Shown in pieces: positions 49,257 to 58,666 of a stretch of DNA of 64,000 nt. The position numbers and the translations under genes were made by a program. Numbering within the stretch: the stretch's first letter is position 1; each line of letters starts with the position of its first letter. Under the pieces are notes generated by a model. It saw only the letters and a list, made by a program, of their open reading frames with translations. It was not told the origin of the DNA and did no database searches. The DNA is from an uncultured Gammaproteobacteria bacterium (GTDB taxonomy: Bacteria > Pseudomonadota > Gammaproteobacteria > Steroidobacterales > Woeseiaceae): positions 13,101 through 77,100 of the forward strand of contig CAVXCW010000024.1 in NCBI GenBank assembly GCA_963760325.1. The letters run 5' to 3'.

Positions 49257-50806
49257 TAGTGGCGGAAATGGCGCATGCCGGTAAAGACCATGGCCAGGCC
49301 GTGTTCGTTCGCTGCCTGTATCACCTCGTCATCGCGCATCGAGCCGCCAGGCTGGATGATGGCCGAAATGCCATAGTCGGCGGCGGTATCGATGCCGTCG
49401 CGGAACGGAAAGAATGCGTCCGACGCCATGACCGAGCCTTTTACTTCGAGGTCTTCGTCGCCAGCCTTGATGGCGGCAATTTTGGTGCTGTAGACGCGAC
49501 TCATCTGTCCGGCTCCCACGCCAACGGTCGCATTATCTTTGCAGAAGATGATGGCGTTTGACTTGACGTACTTGACCACCGTCCAGGCGAATAACAGGTC
49601 CTGAACCTGAGCCGGTGTGGGCGCTTTGTCGGTTACGACCTTGAGGTCGTCAGCCGTTATCACACCCAGATCGTTATTCTGTACCAGCAATCCACCCGAT
49701 ACCTTCTTAAAGTCGAAGTCAGCGACAGCGGTGGTCGGCCAGTCGCCTGTTTCCAGCACGCGAACATTCTTCTTTGTCGAGAGGATATCTAATGCCTCCG
49801 AAGCAACGGCGGGCGCGACGATAACCTCGACAAATTGCCGATCGACAATCACTCCAGCGGTTTTGGCATCGAGTGCGCGATTGAACGCGATGATGCCGCC
49901 GAACGCGGAGGTTGGATCCGTCTTGAAGGCCTTGTCGTAGGCGTCCAGGATGTTGTCAGCGACGGCAACACCACAGGGATTCGCGTGCTTGACGATCACG
50001 CACGCCGGATCTGCGAACTGCATGACGCATTGCAGCGCCGCATCGCTGTCGGCGATGTTGTTGTAGGACAATGCCTTGCCCTGTCGCTGCTTCGCTCTGG
50101 CGAGGGAGCCCTGCGGTGCCTGCTGATCAACATAAAACGCGGCACCCTGGTGCGGATTCTCCCCGTAACGGAGTCGTTCCGAGAGACCGCCCGAATACAG
50201 GAAACGCTCGCCGAGTGGGTCATCGCCCAACGTCTGTGACAGGTATTTCGTGATGGCGGTGTCATAGCTTGCAGTATGCGCATATGCCTTGGCCGCAAGA
50301 CGGCGGCGATGTTCGAGCGTGAGATCGTTATTTCTCAGGTTGGCAAGCACCGCATCATAGTCATCCGGACTGACAATCACGGCGACGCCGTCGTGGTTCT
50401 TCGAGCCGGCGCGAATCATGGCGGGCCCGCCAATGTCGATGTTCTCGATGGCCTCGTCGATGGTCGCGTCGTCGCGTGCGATGGTCTGTTCAAAGGGATA
50501 CAGATTCACGACCAGGAGATCGATCGGCTCGATGCCATGCTCGTTCATGACGGCATCGTCGATGCCGCGGCGCCCGAGCAGGCCGCCGTGAATGACGGGG
50601 TGCAGTGTCTTCACCCGACCGTCCATGATCTCGGGAAAGCCCGTTTTTTCTGATACTTCAATGACATCCAGGCCAGCCTCACGTAGCTGGCGGCAGGTGC
50701 CACCGGTTGAAAGCACCTCGACGCCAAGCTCGACGAGGCCAGTTACAAATGGAATCAATCCACGCTTGTCAGAGACACTGACGAGCGCACGTCTTACGTT
50801 CAACAT
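49256..50806 (-). CDS. purH: bifunctional AICAR transformylase / IMP cyclohydrolase
   Basis: Trimmed to the ATG at 50804-50806 ([17 protein letters not shown]). [13 protein letters not shown]-terminal [14 protein letters not shown] overlap with purD. Confidence 0.95.
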   Translation of the reverse strand: MLNVRRALVSVSDKRGLIPFVTGLVELGVEVLSTGGTCRQLREAGLDVIEVSEKTGFPEIMDGRVKTLHPVIHGGLLGRRGIDDAVMNEHGIEPIDLLVVNLYPFEQTIARDDATIDEAIENIDIGGPAMIRAGSKNHDGVAVIVSPDDYDAVLANLRNNDLTLEHRRRLAAKAYAHTASYDTAITKYLSQTLGDDPLGERFLYSGGLSERLRYGENPHQGAAFYVDQQAPQGSLARAKQRQGKALSYNNIADSDAALQCVMQFADPACVIVKHANPCGVAVADNILDAYDKAFKTDPTSAFGGIIAFNRALDAKTAGVIVDRQFVEVIVAPAVASEALDILSTKKNVRVLETGDWPTTAVADFDFKKVSGGLLVQNNDLGVITADDLKVVTDKAPTPAQVQDLLFAWTVVKYVKSNAIIFCKDNATVGVGAGQMSRVYSTKIAAIKAGDEDLEVKGSVMASDAFFPFRDGIDTAADYGISAIIQPGGSMRDDEVIQAANEHGLAMVFTGMRHFRH

Positions 50807-50847
50807 GGGTGCACCTGGCAAAAAGGGCGATGCCGAATCGGCGGCGC

Positions 50848-51126
50848 CTACTTAATTAGCAAATAAGTCCTGAGTTTCTTTCGCAAGGTACCGCGGTTGA
50901 TGCCGAGAATGCCGGCAGCCTGGCTTTGGTTGCCTTGCGTGTAGTCCATGACGGCTTTAAACAGGGGTCGTTCGACCTCGCCGATAACAAGATCGTACAG
51001 CTCGCCGGGCCGGTCGCCGTTCAGCGTCGTAAAGTACTGATCGAGTGCGTCTTCGGTATGTTTGCAGAGCGGTTTCTTGCTTTTCCTGGACGTGAGTTCC
51101 GTCTTCTTGTTCTTGTCTTGCGCCAC
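50848..51126 (-). CDS. fis: DNA-binding protein Fis
   Basis: 92 aa. C-terminal [24 protein letters not shown]. Directly downstream of dusB. Confidence 0.9.
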   Translation of the reverse strand: MAQDKNKKTELTSRKSKKPLCKHTEDALDQYFTTLNGDRPGELYDLVIGEVERPLFKAVMDYTQGNQSQAAGILGINRGTLRKKLRTYLLIK

Positions 51127-51131
51127 GTTGC

Positions 51132-52100
51132 TTAGTTCCTGAAGAATTCTTTCGTCAACCTGATCTGCTCTGAAGCACGATCGACACGCACGACTTGATG
51201 ACGAAAATCGTCGGCGTTGTCCAAACTATTGCAGTACCAGGTCAGATGCTTGCGAGCCACTCGAACGCCAGTCAAATCCCCATAGAACTGGTGAAGATCA
51301 TTTAAGTGGCCGATCATAATATCACGCAATTCAATTTTTTCTAGTTGCGTATTTTCCGAAGTCGGATCCAGGAGTTGGCCAAGTTCCCGGAAGATCCAGG
51401 GGCGCCCCTGCGCGCCTCGTCCAATCATCAAGCCATCTGCTCGAGTTAGACGCAATACTTCAAGCGACTTCTGCAAAGTGCCGATATCTCCGTTTGCGAT
51501 GACCGGTATGGAAACAGCCTGTTTAACGGCAGCGATCGTCTCGTATTCCGCGTCACCCTTGTAGCGGCATGCACGCGTTCGCCCATGAATCGCCAGGGCC
51601 TGAACACCGGCGTCCTCGGCGATGTGTGCAATCTCCACGGCGTTGCGGTGCGCCGCATCCCAGCCGGTTCGGTACTTCAGCGTCACGGGAACATCCACGG
51701 CGCTTACGACCGCAGCCAGTATGGATGCGACCAGCTTTTCGTCTTTCAGCAGCGCAGATCCAGCGAGTTTCCTGCAGACTTTCTTTGCAGGGCAGCCCAT
51801 GTTGATGTCAATAATCTGGGCACCACGTTCGACACAGGCGGTCGCGGCGACCGCCAGCTGGTCGGCCTCGGAACCCGCGATTTGCACGGCGACGGGTTCT
51901 GTATCGAGATCAAGATCAAGCCGATGACGAGATTTGGGCGTTGTCCAGAGGCGAATGTCGGCCGTTGTCATCTCGGACGTCGTCATGCCTGCGCCGAAGC
52001 GGCGGCAAAGACGCCGAAAGGGCGCGTCGGTCACGCCGGCCATAGGTGCAAGAACAAACGGGCTCGAAAGCTCGTAAGGTCCGATTTTCAATGGGTTCAT
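51132..52100 (-). CDS. dusB: tRNA-dihydrouridine synthase B
   Basis: LAPMAGVTDAPFRRLC, DINMGCPAKKV, catalytic-region pattern. dusB-fis operon arrangement. Confidence 0.9.
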   Translation of the reverse strand: MNPLKIGPYELSSPFVLAPMAGVTDAPFRRLCRRFGAGMTTSEMTTADIRLWTTPKSRHRLDLDLDTEPVAVQIAGSEADQLAVAATACVERGAQIIDINMGCPAKKVCRKLAGSALLKDEKLVASILAAVVSAVDVPVTLKYRTGWDAAHRNAVEIAHIAEDAGVQALAIHGRTRACRYKGDAEYETIAAVKQAVSIPVIANGDIGTLQKSLEVLRLTRADGLMIGRGAQGRPWIFRELGQLLDPTSENTQLEKIELRDIMIGHLNDLHQFYGDLTGVRVARKHLTWYCNSLDNADDFRHQVVRVDRASEQIRLTKEFFRN

Positions 52101-54703
52101 CTAAAGTCGGGTACGTGGCAGCGCAGTCGCGCGTCGGGCAGCCGATAACAAGCCTGCAATTTATAGCCTGTTGCCTCGTCAGAGGGCGACTCGATCGACA
52201 TTACCGCGGTGAAGTTGTTTCCGGGTTGCACGAGTTTACGCGGGTCGAGATCGTCCGTCAGGTACTCGGCGGGATCGAGCGTTTTGTTGCCGATGGTTTC
52301 TTCGAATCGATCGGTCAGTGCGATATTGATCAAGGGGGTAGGGCAGCGGTTTGTCCGACGTGTTGCCAATTCGCGAGATAACGGTCAACTTGTCAGACTC
52401 TTCATCGAGAATGTCGCGTCTTGCCTCAAATCGCCAGCCCGTGACGTCCCAGGTCGGGGACAACGGTTTGCCGATTGCGCGATACAGTGGGCCGACGGCG
52501 TCATTAAACGCCGGAATCGTCGCCAGCGCTTCGCGCGACTGGTGTACGACTTGCACGATGAGCAACAGTGCGAGCGCGATAGCGGCGGCCAGCATGCCAC
52601 GCTTCCTGCCGCGTCCGGCTGTTTCCCGTTCGGCTTCCGCTGTCGCTTTCGCCTGTTCCGAAAGCAAAGCGGCCGCCGCGATATCGACTGCGCGCTTCTC
52701 CGCGTCGAGCGCTGAGCGTACGAATTCTCCTTCCATCACTATCGATTCGAAACCCGCGGACGCGTCCTCGCCAGCCATTGGGTGTTGCTTCCCGGATACG
52801 GCCTTGTTCTCCGTATCTTTCTCCGAAATGACCATCGTCGACGCGAATCCGTCTTCGTCCTCGACGGCGAAACTCAGCAGTTCCTGGTCGATCATGCGGT
52901 TCAGCGTCTGTTCTTCTTCCGTTTGTGGCGGTACGAAATGACTGATCTCCTCGCTGGGCGGAAGCTCGTCGTCCGTGTCTTCAAGCGGCTTATCGTTTTC
53001 CGGTTCAACCTCGCCCGCGGCACCAAAGAAGCTCTTGTCGAAAACATCCGACTGTTCTTCGAGCTCTGCCATCGCTTTCTTGACGGAACCAAATTCCAGC
53101 GGGGCCTCCTCGTTTTCGTCGGAGTCGTCGAATGCGCGGACTGCCGTGTCCGCATCGTCAGCCGCTAAGTCGACTGACGGCCCCTCTTTTTCGTCCGCCT
53201 CGGCGGTTGGCTCAAATTGCGACGCTCCGCGTGTCTCGTCGGAAGCCTCCAGCACTGATTCCTCACCTGATTCGTCCGTGAGATCCAGCTCGAGCGCTTC
53301 GCCCGTTTCGTCTGAAGCCTCCAGCACTGATTCCTCGCCGGTTTCGTCCGTGAGATCCAGCTCGGGCGCTTCGCCGGTTTCGTCTGAAGCCTCCAGCTGT
53401 GACTTCCTCACCTGTTGCGTCCGCAAGCTCCAGCTCGGGTGCTTCGCCTGTATCGTCCGCAAGCTCCTCCAGCGCTTCGCTTGTCTCGCCTGAAACCTCC
53501 AACTGCGATTTCTCATCGGATTCATCCGTGAGGTCCAGCTCGGGCGCCTCGCCCGTCTCGTCCGTAAGCTCGAGCGCTTCGCCTGTCTCGCCCGAAACCT
53601 CCAGCTGCGATTCCCCGCCTGTTTCGTCGGAAATCTCCAGCTCCGGCGCTTCGCCCGTCTCGTCGGCGGTTTCAATATCTGCGGTTTCGCCCGGCTCTTC
53701 GCTGAAAGCCGCCACTGCCGACTCGTTCGCTTCTTCGACGACTTCCCGATTTTCTTCGTCTGGCTCTTCAGCCGGCGGCGCATGGATCCCGCTGAGGTCG
53801 ATGCCCATCGCCTCCGCCTGCAACGCGAACTGCGTGTCCATATCAAGCGGCGTGTCGGCGACACCAACAAGGGCTGGTTCGCCGGTGTCAACGTCCCGAG
53901 ATTCGATTTCCTCAAGTGCCGAGAGCTCGGCATCGAGAGGCGGAACAAAAGGCTCGAGCGGGTTCGGAAAACTCACCCAGAATATCGGCCCACTCGTCGG
54001 CATCGCCGAGCGCCAGGTCAACCGGTAACTCATCATGATCAGCCGCAGATTCGGCGTCGAAACCGCCGTCCGCCGATGCCTCGATCTCATCGCGCGCAGA
54101 CTCCGGCGATTCCGGCAAGTACGACGATTCGTCATCCAGGTCGAAGTCATCCGGCAGCGGCGTATTGTCGTCGAAGCGCAGTTCGTCAACCGGGGTTTGC
54201 GCCAGGGCATTCGCCGACTCTTCGAAAATCTCGCTTGCGTCGATGTCGTTCGGCGTCTTCGTCAGGAATTGATCGACCGGCGTTGGCGACTCGTCAAGTA
54301 GCTCGTCAAGAACAAATTCGTTCTCCTTGGCAATCGCCTCCATGTCTTCGTCGGTAGGCTCCTGTATTTCATCGTCATCCAGCACCCGCCATTCGACGCC
54401 GGTGTCCTCGATGCGAATATCGGAGCCTGCGAGTTCATCGAGCGTCTTCAGGAGCGCGGCACTCTGTTCCGCGGAAATGGCCTTCGGCAGGCTTTCGTCG
54501 CCTTGAGGCGGTTCGGGCGTCAATTTCGGAAGCGGCGACTCGGATACCCTTGCCGCCGGTCGCTCGGGCATAGATTCGGAAAGGTATTCGAGCGCATTGA
54601 ACGCACGGCCACAGCCTCCACAACGCACCTTCCCGGCGGCCTGCTTCAAGACCTCCGCTGTCACGCGAAACGATGTGCTGCAGTCAGGACATTGCGTATA
54701 CAT
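52097..54703 (-). pseudogene. zinc-ribbon / acidic-repeat / DUF3426 membrane protein, interrupted by three single-base insertions
   Basis: Four track ORFs (53912..54703, 53263..54210, 52236..53948, 52097..52369) join into one protein of about 868 aa. It has an N-terminal MJ0042-type zinc ribbon (CPDCSTSFRV...VRCGGCGRAF), a long acidic repeat region, a TM segment (MLAAAIALALLLIVQVV) and a DUF3426-like C-terminus. Junctions are near 53968-53971 (A4 run), 53400-53403 and 52334-52338 (G5 run). ATGA overlap with dusB. The position between prmA and dusB matches Pseudomonas-type synteny. Confidence 0.75.
53230..53690 (-). repeat. coding tandem repeats (acidic [ST]DETGE-x-x-x-L-[ED] units)
   Basis: At least nine degenerate units such as SDETGEAPELDLTDETGEESVLEA. 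At the DNA level, CGCTTCGCC(C/G)GT(T/C)TCGTC recurs about every 45-54 nt. Confidence 0.8.
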
Positions 54704-54712
54704 TACCTGGCT

Positions 54713-55624
54713 CTATCTCCTCGATCCTGTTAGCCGCGACCACGTCTGACCGTCTTGCTCCCGAAATGCCGGTTCGTCGAACGCGATCCAGGGCTCGTAC
54801 GCCGCCATAACGGAGGCTGCTTGTTCACATAATACGCCCGATAACGCAAGCATACCGCGGCCTGCAATCGTTGATGTGATGGATTCGGCAAACTGAACAA
54901 GAGGTCCCGCAAGAATATTGGCCACGACAACGTCGAACGATCCTGAAATCTCGTCGGCCCCGTCGAGCACGCGGAGGCGTTCCAAAACATCGTTGGCGCC
55001 GGCGTTCTGGCCGGTCGCGATGACTGCTTGCGGGTCGATGTCCATCGCTGTGGCCGAGCGGCATCCAAGCTTGAGGGCGGCAATAGCCAGTACCCCGGAT
55101 CCGCAGCCGTAATCCAGCATTGTCTTGCCCTGCAATGACAGCCCATCCAGCCAGTCGAGGCAAAGTGCGGTGGTCGCATGCGTGCCAGTGCCGAAAGCAA
55201 GCCCGGGGTCGAGTTGAATGACCACGGCCCCATCCTGCTCGACCGTGCCGTGACCCGGGCTTATCCAAAGTCGCTCGCCAAACCTCATCGGCCCGAAGTC
55301 TTTCAGCCATTCTCTTTCCCAGGCGCGATCAGCGAGACGTTCTACCTGGTGTGGCGGCAGTCCGGCGAGTTCGAACGTGGCGAGCAGGTCATTTTCGAGT
55401 AGCGTTAGGTCTGCGTCCGAGGAGAAAAGACCGGTAATCCGGGTGTTTTCCCAAAGCGGCGTTTCTCCCGGACCCGGTTCGAGCACCGGGTTATCAGCGG
55501 CGTCACTCAGCGTTACCGACCAGGCACCGTGACGATTGAAGATCTCTTCGACGATGGCGGGATTCAGTGTGTCGAGGTGCATGACAAACTGTTGCCAATC
55601 CACCGGTGAGTTGCTCCCGATCAA
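54713..55624 (-). CDS. prmA: ribosomal protein L11 methyltransferase
   Basis: TTG start as drawn. SAM-binding [33 protein letters not shown]. Confidence 0.9.
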   Translation of the reverse strand: MIGSNSPVDWQQFVMHLDTLNPAIVEEIFNRHGAWSVTLSDAADNPVLEPGPGETPLWENTRITGLFSSDADLTLLENDLLATFELAGLPPHQVERLADRAWEREWLKDFGPMRFGERLWISPGHGTVEQDGAVVIQLDPGLAFGTGTHATTALCLDWLDGLSLQGKTMLDYGCGSGVLAIAALKLGCRSATAMDIDPQAVIATGQNAGANDVLERLRVLDGADEISGSFDVVVANILAGPLVQFAESITSTIAGRGMLALSGVLCEQAASVMAAYEPWIAFDEPAFREQDGQTWSRLTGSRR

Positions 55625-56964
55625 ACCAGGCCGAGACGTTTCTCGAGATAGTGGATGTCCGTGCCGCCAGCCTGAAAAGCAGCGTGCTGGAAGATCTCCT
55701 GGTGCAAGGGGACGTTCGTCTTGATGCCTTCTATTACGATCTCGCTCAGCGCACTGCGCATGCGCGCGAATGCCGCCTCTCGGTTCGCGCCGTGGGCGAT
55801 CAGTTTGCCGATCATCGAGTCATAGTAGGGCGGCACTTTGTAGCCACTGTAAATGTGGCTCTCAACGCGCACGCCTGGTCCGCCCGGAGAATGCCACAAG
55901 GTCACCAAACCGGGCGACGGCATGAAGTTATTCGGGTCCTCGGCGTTGATACGACACTCTATGGCATGTCCCTGGATCTTGATGTCGTCCTGCGTAAACT
56001 GCAGCTTCTCGCCACTGGCGATACGAAGCTGCTCGCGGACAATGTCGACGCCGGTGATCATCTCGGTGACCGGGTGCTCTACCTGCAAACGCGTATTCAT
56101 CTCGATGAAATAGAATTCGTCGTTTTCATACAGAAACTCGAACGTACCGGCGCTGCGATAACCGATTTCCTTGCAGGCATTGACGCAGCGCTCGCCGATT
56201 CGCTTGCGCTGTTCTTCGGAAATTCCGGGCGCGGGCGCTTCCTCGATGACTTTTTGGTGGCGCCGCTGCATGGAACAATCGCGCTCGCCGAGATGAATCG
56301 CGTTGCCATGGGTATCCGCGAGCACCTGAAACTCAACGTGCCGCGGCGTCTCCAGGAATTTTTCCATGTAGACCACGTCGTTACTGAATGCGGCACGTGC
56401 TTCCGCCTTGGTCACCGTAATCGCGGCGGTCAGGGAGGCTTCGGAATGCACCACACGCATGCCGCGCCCACCGCCACCACCTGAGGCCTTGATGATGATC
56501 GGGTAACCGATGTCACGCGCCAGGCGCATGTTTTCATCAGGATCGTCACCGAGTGGGCCGTCCGAGCCGGGCACGCAGGGAACGCCCGCCGCTTTCATGG
56601 CCTTGATCGCGGAAACCTTGTCGCCCATCAGCCGAATCGAATCAGCTCTAGGTCCGATGAAAGTGAATCCGCTCGACTCAACGCGTTCAGCAAAGTCGGC
56701 GTTCTCGGACAGGAAGCCATAGCCGGGGTGTATGCCGGTCGCATCAGTGACTTCTGCCGCACTGATGATCGCCGGCATGTTGAGGTAACTCTCTGTCGAT
56801 GCCGGCGGCCCGATACAGACCGTCTCATCGGCGAGCAATACGTGCTTCAGGTTGGAGTCCGCAGTGGAATAGACGGCGACGGTCTTGATGCCCATCTCGC
56901 GGCAAGCCCGGAGTATACGCAGTGCGATCTCGCCTCTATTGGCAATGACGATTTTGTCCAGCAT
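55621..56964 (-). CDS. accC: acetyl-CoA carboxylase biotin carboxylase subunit
   Basis: [27 protein letters not shown]-terminus, ATP-grasp [10 protein letters not shown]. 447 aa. Confidence 0.96.
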   Translation of the reverse strand: MLDKIVIANRGEIALRILRACREMGIKTVAVYSTADSNLKHVLLADETVCIGPPASTESYLNMPAIISAAEVTDATGIHPGYGFLSENADFAERVESSGFTFIGPRADSIRLMGDKVSAIKAMKAAGVPCVPGSDGPLGDDPDENMRLARDIGYPIIIKASGGGGGRGMRVVHSEASLTAAITVTKAEARAAFSNDVVYMEKFLETPRHVEFQVLADTHGNAIHLGERDCSMQRRHQKVIEEAPAPGISEEQRKRIGERCVNACKEIGYRSAGTFEFLYENDEFYFIEMNTRLQVEHPVTEMITGVDIVREQLRIASGEKLQFTQDDIKIQGHAIECRINAEDPNNFMPSPGLVTLWHSPGGPGVRVESHIYSGYKVPPYYDSMIGKLIAHGANREAAFARMRSALSEIVIEGIKTNVPLHQEIFQHAAFQAGGTDIHYLEKRLGLV

Positions 56965-56978
56965 GTCAGCGTGACCCG

Positions 56979-57460
56979 TTAGTCGTTGTGGCGCTGGTCG
57001 ATTACGAACAACGTCTGGCCGAACTCGACCGGTTCGCCATTCTGGACGCGGATCGACTTGATCACGCCCGACACATCGGTTTCGATCTGATTCATCATCT
57101 TCATCGCCTCAATGATGCAAAGCGTATCGCCTTCATTAACGCGGTCGCCAACCTGAACGTAGGAGGCGGCACCCGGAGACGATGCGGCGTAGTAGGTTCC
57201 CACCATCGGAGAGGTTACATCGTAGCCATCGTCCTCGACCTCAGCCGGCGCGACTATCGGAGCGCTGCGGCGACGGGCGCGGCTGCGGCAACGGGAGCGG
57301 CTGCGGCAACGGGAGCGGCTGCGGCAACGGGCGCGGCGACCGGGGCGTGTTGTGAATAACGACTGATTCTTACCGACTCTTCGCCTTCAGTAATTTCTAT
57401 CTCGGCGATGCCGGATTCATCCAGCAGTTCGATCAGCTTTTTTACTTTTCTTATATCCAT
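56979..57460 (-). pseudogene. accB: biotin carboxyl carrier protein AccB; one base missing in the Pro/Ala linker as sequenced
   Basis: N-terminal ORF 57254..57460 ([23 protein letters not shown]..) stops in the linker. The C-terminal biotinyl domain (SPMVGTYY...[13 protein letters not shown]) continues in another frame (open through [17 protein letters not shown]). The junction at about 57261-57268 is adjacent to 18-bp tandem repeats. The gene is essential, so a sequencing indel is the likeliest explanation. Confidence 0.9.
57279..57332 (-). repeat. three tandem 18-bp units inside the accB linker
   Basis: GCGGCTGCGGCAACGGGA repeated three times on the plus strand (last unit ends GGGC). Encodes PVAAAA repeats on the minus strand. 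Confidence 0.85.
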
Positions 57461-57463
57461 TAA

Positions 57464-57913
57464 TCAATCCCCCGCATTGGCAACGTAATGACTGGCGGCC
57501 TGCAACGCCAGTTCGTAGCCGTGAGCCCCAAACCCAAAGAGACAACTATTCGCTATATCACTGAAGTAGCTGTTGTGCCGAAACTCTTCCCGCGCAAACG
57601 TGTTGCTGAGATGAATCTCGATAAACGGAATCCGAACCGCAAGGAACGCATCGCGCAAGGCGACGCTCGTGTGGGTAAAGCCACCGGGGTTCAGAATGAT
57701 GAAATCGACACCATCGGTCGCTGCTTTGTGCACGCGATCAATGAGTTCATGTTCGGCATTGCTCTGAAAGCAACTCAGCTCGTGTCCCATTTCATGCGCG
57801 AGTTCGGCACAGCGTGCTTCGATATCGGAGAGGCGCGTGGCCCCGTAGACCTCGGGTTCGCGAGAACCGAGAAGGTTCAAATTGGGACCATTAATGAGCA
57901 AGAAGACAGACAT
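57464..57913 (-). CDS. aroQ: type II 3-dehydroquinate dehydratase
   Basis: [45 protein letters not shown]. 149 aa. Confidence 0.93.
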   Translation of the reverse strand: MSVFLLINGPNLNLLGSREPEVYGATRLSDIEARCAELAHEMGHELSCFQSNAEHELIDRVHKAATDGVDFIILNPGGFTHTSVALRDAFLAVRIPFIEIHLSNTFAREEFRHNSYFSDIANSCLFGFGAHGYELALQAASHYVANAGD

Positions 57914-58026
57914 GACGCGAGCTTCTCAGCGAGATAGCCGAAATTGGCGGCAATTCTAACCCTTTTTTCAGATATTAGGGCAAATTTCGTCAAAACCCGC
58001 CTGGCGGGCGGCAGGATGAACGGCGC

Positions 58027-58653
58027 TTAGAGCGCGTTCAGCTCGCTTCTGGCCAAGTCTTTGTTGATTTCGGCACGGTCGAGCCGGGTCATCACGTCGA
58101 CGATCGTGTCGAGGTGTTCCTGGTGCAGCTCGCCAATATAGGCGCTGAGGTACTCGCCGTCGGCGGCGACGAACATCGTAAAAGGCATGCCGATGAACTC
58201 GATACCGGACGACTCGGCTACCGCCATTGCGTCCTGCTCACCGACAAGTACCGGGTAATTGAATTGAGCCGATTCGTCGTACGCCGTCACCGCTTCGGGA
58301 AAATCGACGGCAATGCCGATAACCTCGAAGCCGTTGCCTGATTGCTCCGTTTGAAAGGCTTTCAGCAGCGGAATTTCCCGGCGGCAGGGCGCACACCAGG
58401 TAGCCCAGAAATTGATGAGACGATTCTTCCCTTGCCACTCGGAGAAACTGCGCATCGTTCCGGAAATGTCCGGCAGCGTGAACTCAGGATGCGTGACGAC
58501 TTCAAGGGCTTTTGGCGCGCTTGCTGCGGCAGACATTGCGGGTGCGGGCGTCTGCGCTTTATGCGCAGTGACCGGTATGCGTGCGGCGTAGAACAATGCG
58601 CCGCAAAGCAGTGCAACCAGTGCGGTTGCGAAGATCAACATTACTCTGGACAC
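58027..58653 (-). CDS. TlpA/ResA-like periplasmic thiol:disulfide oxidoreductase
   Basis: N-terminal membrane anchor. Thioredoxin-fold WATWCAPCRREIP active site. Directly downstream of dsbD. Confidence 0.75.
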   Translation of the reverse strand: MSRVMLIFATALVALLCGALFYAARIPVTAHKAQTPAPAMSAAASAPKALEVVTHPEFTLPDISGTMRSFSEWQGKNRLINFWATWCAPCRREIPLLKAFQTEQSGNGFEVIGIAVDFPEAVTAYDESAQFNYPVLVGEQDAMAVAESSGIEFIGMPFTMFVAADGEYLSAYIGELHQEHLDTIVDVMTRLDRAEINKDLARSELNAL

Positions 58654-58666
58654 GGTCTGCCTCTTG

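Noticed and set aside
53230-53690. Regularly spaced repeats that could superficially suggest a CRISPR array. The same applies to 57279-57332.
   Set aside because: The units are contiguous or degenerate coding repeats within long ORFs (an acidic linker and a Pro/Ala linker). There are no unique spacers of constant length and no cas genes.
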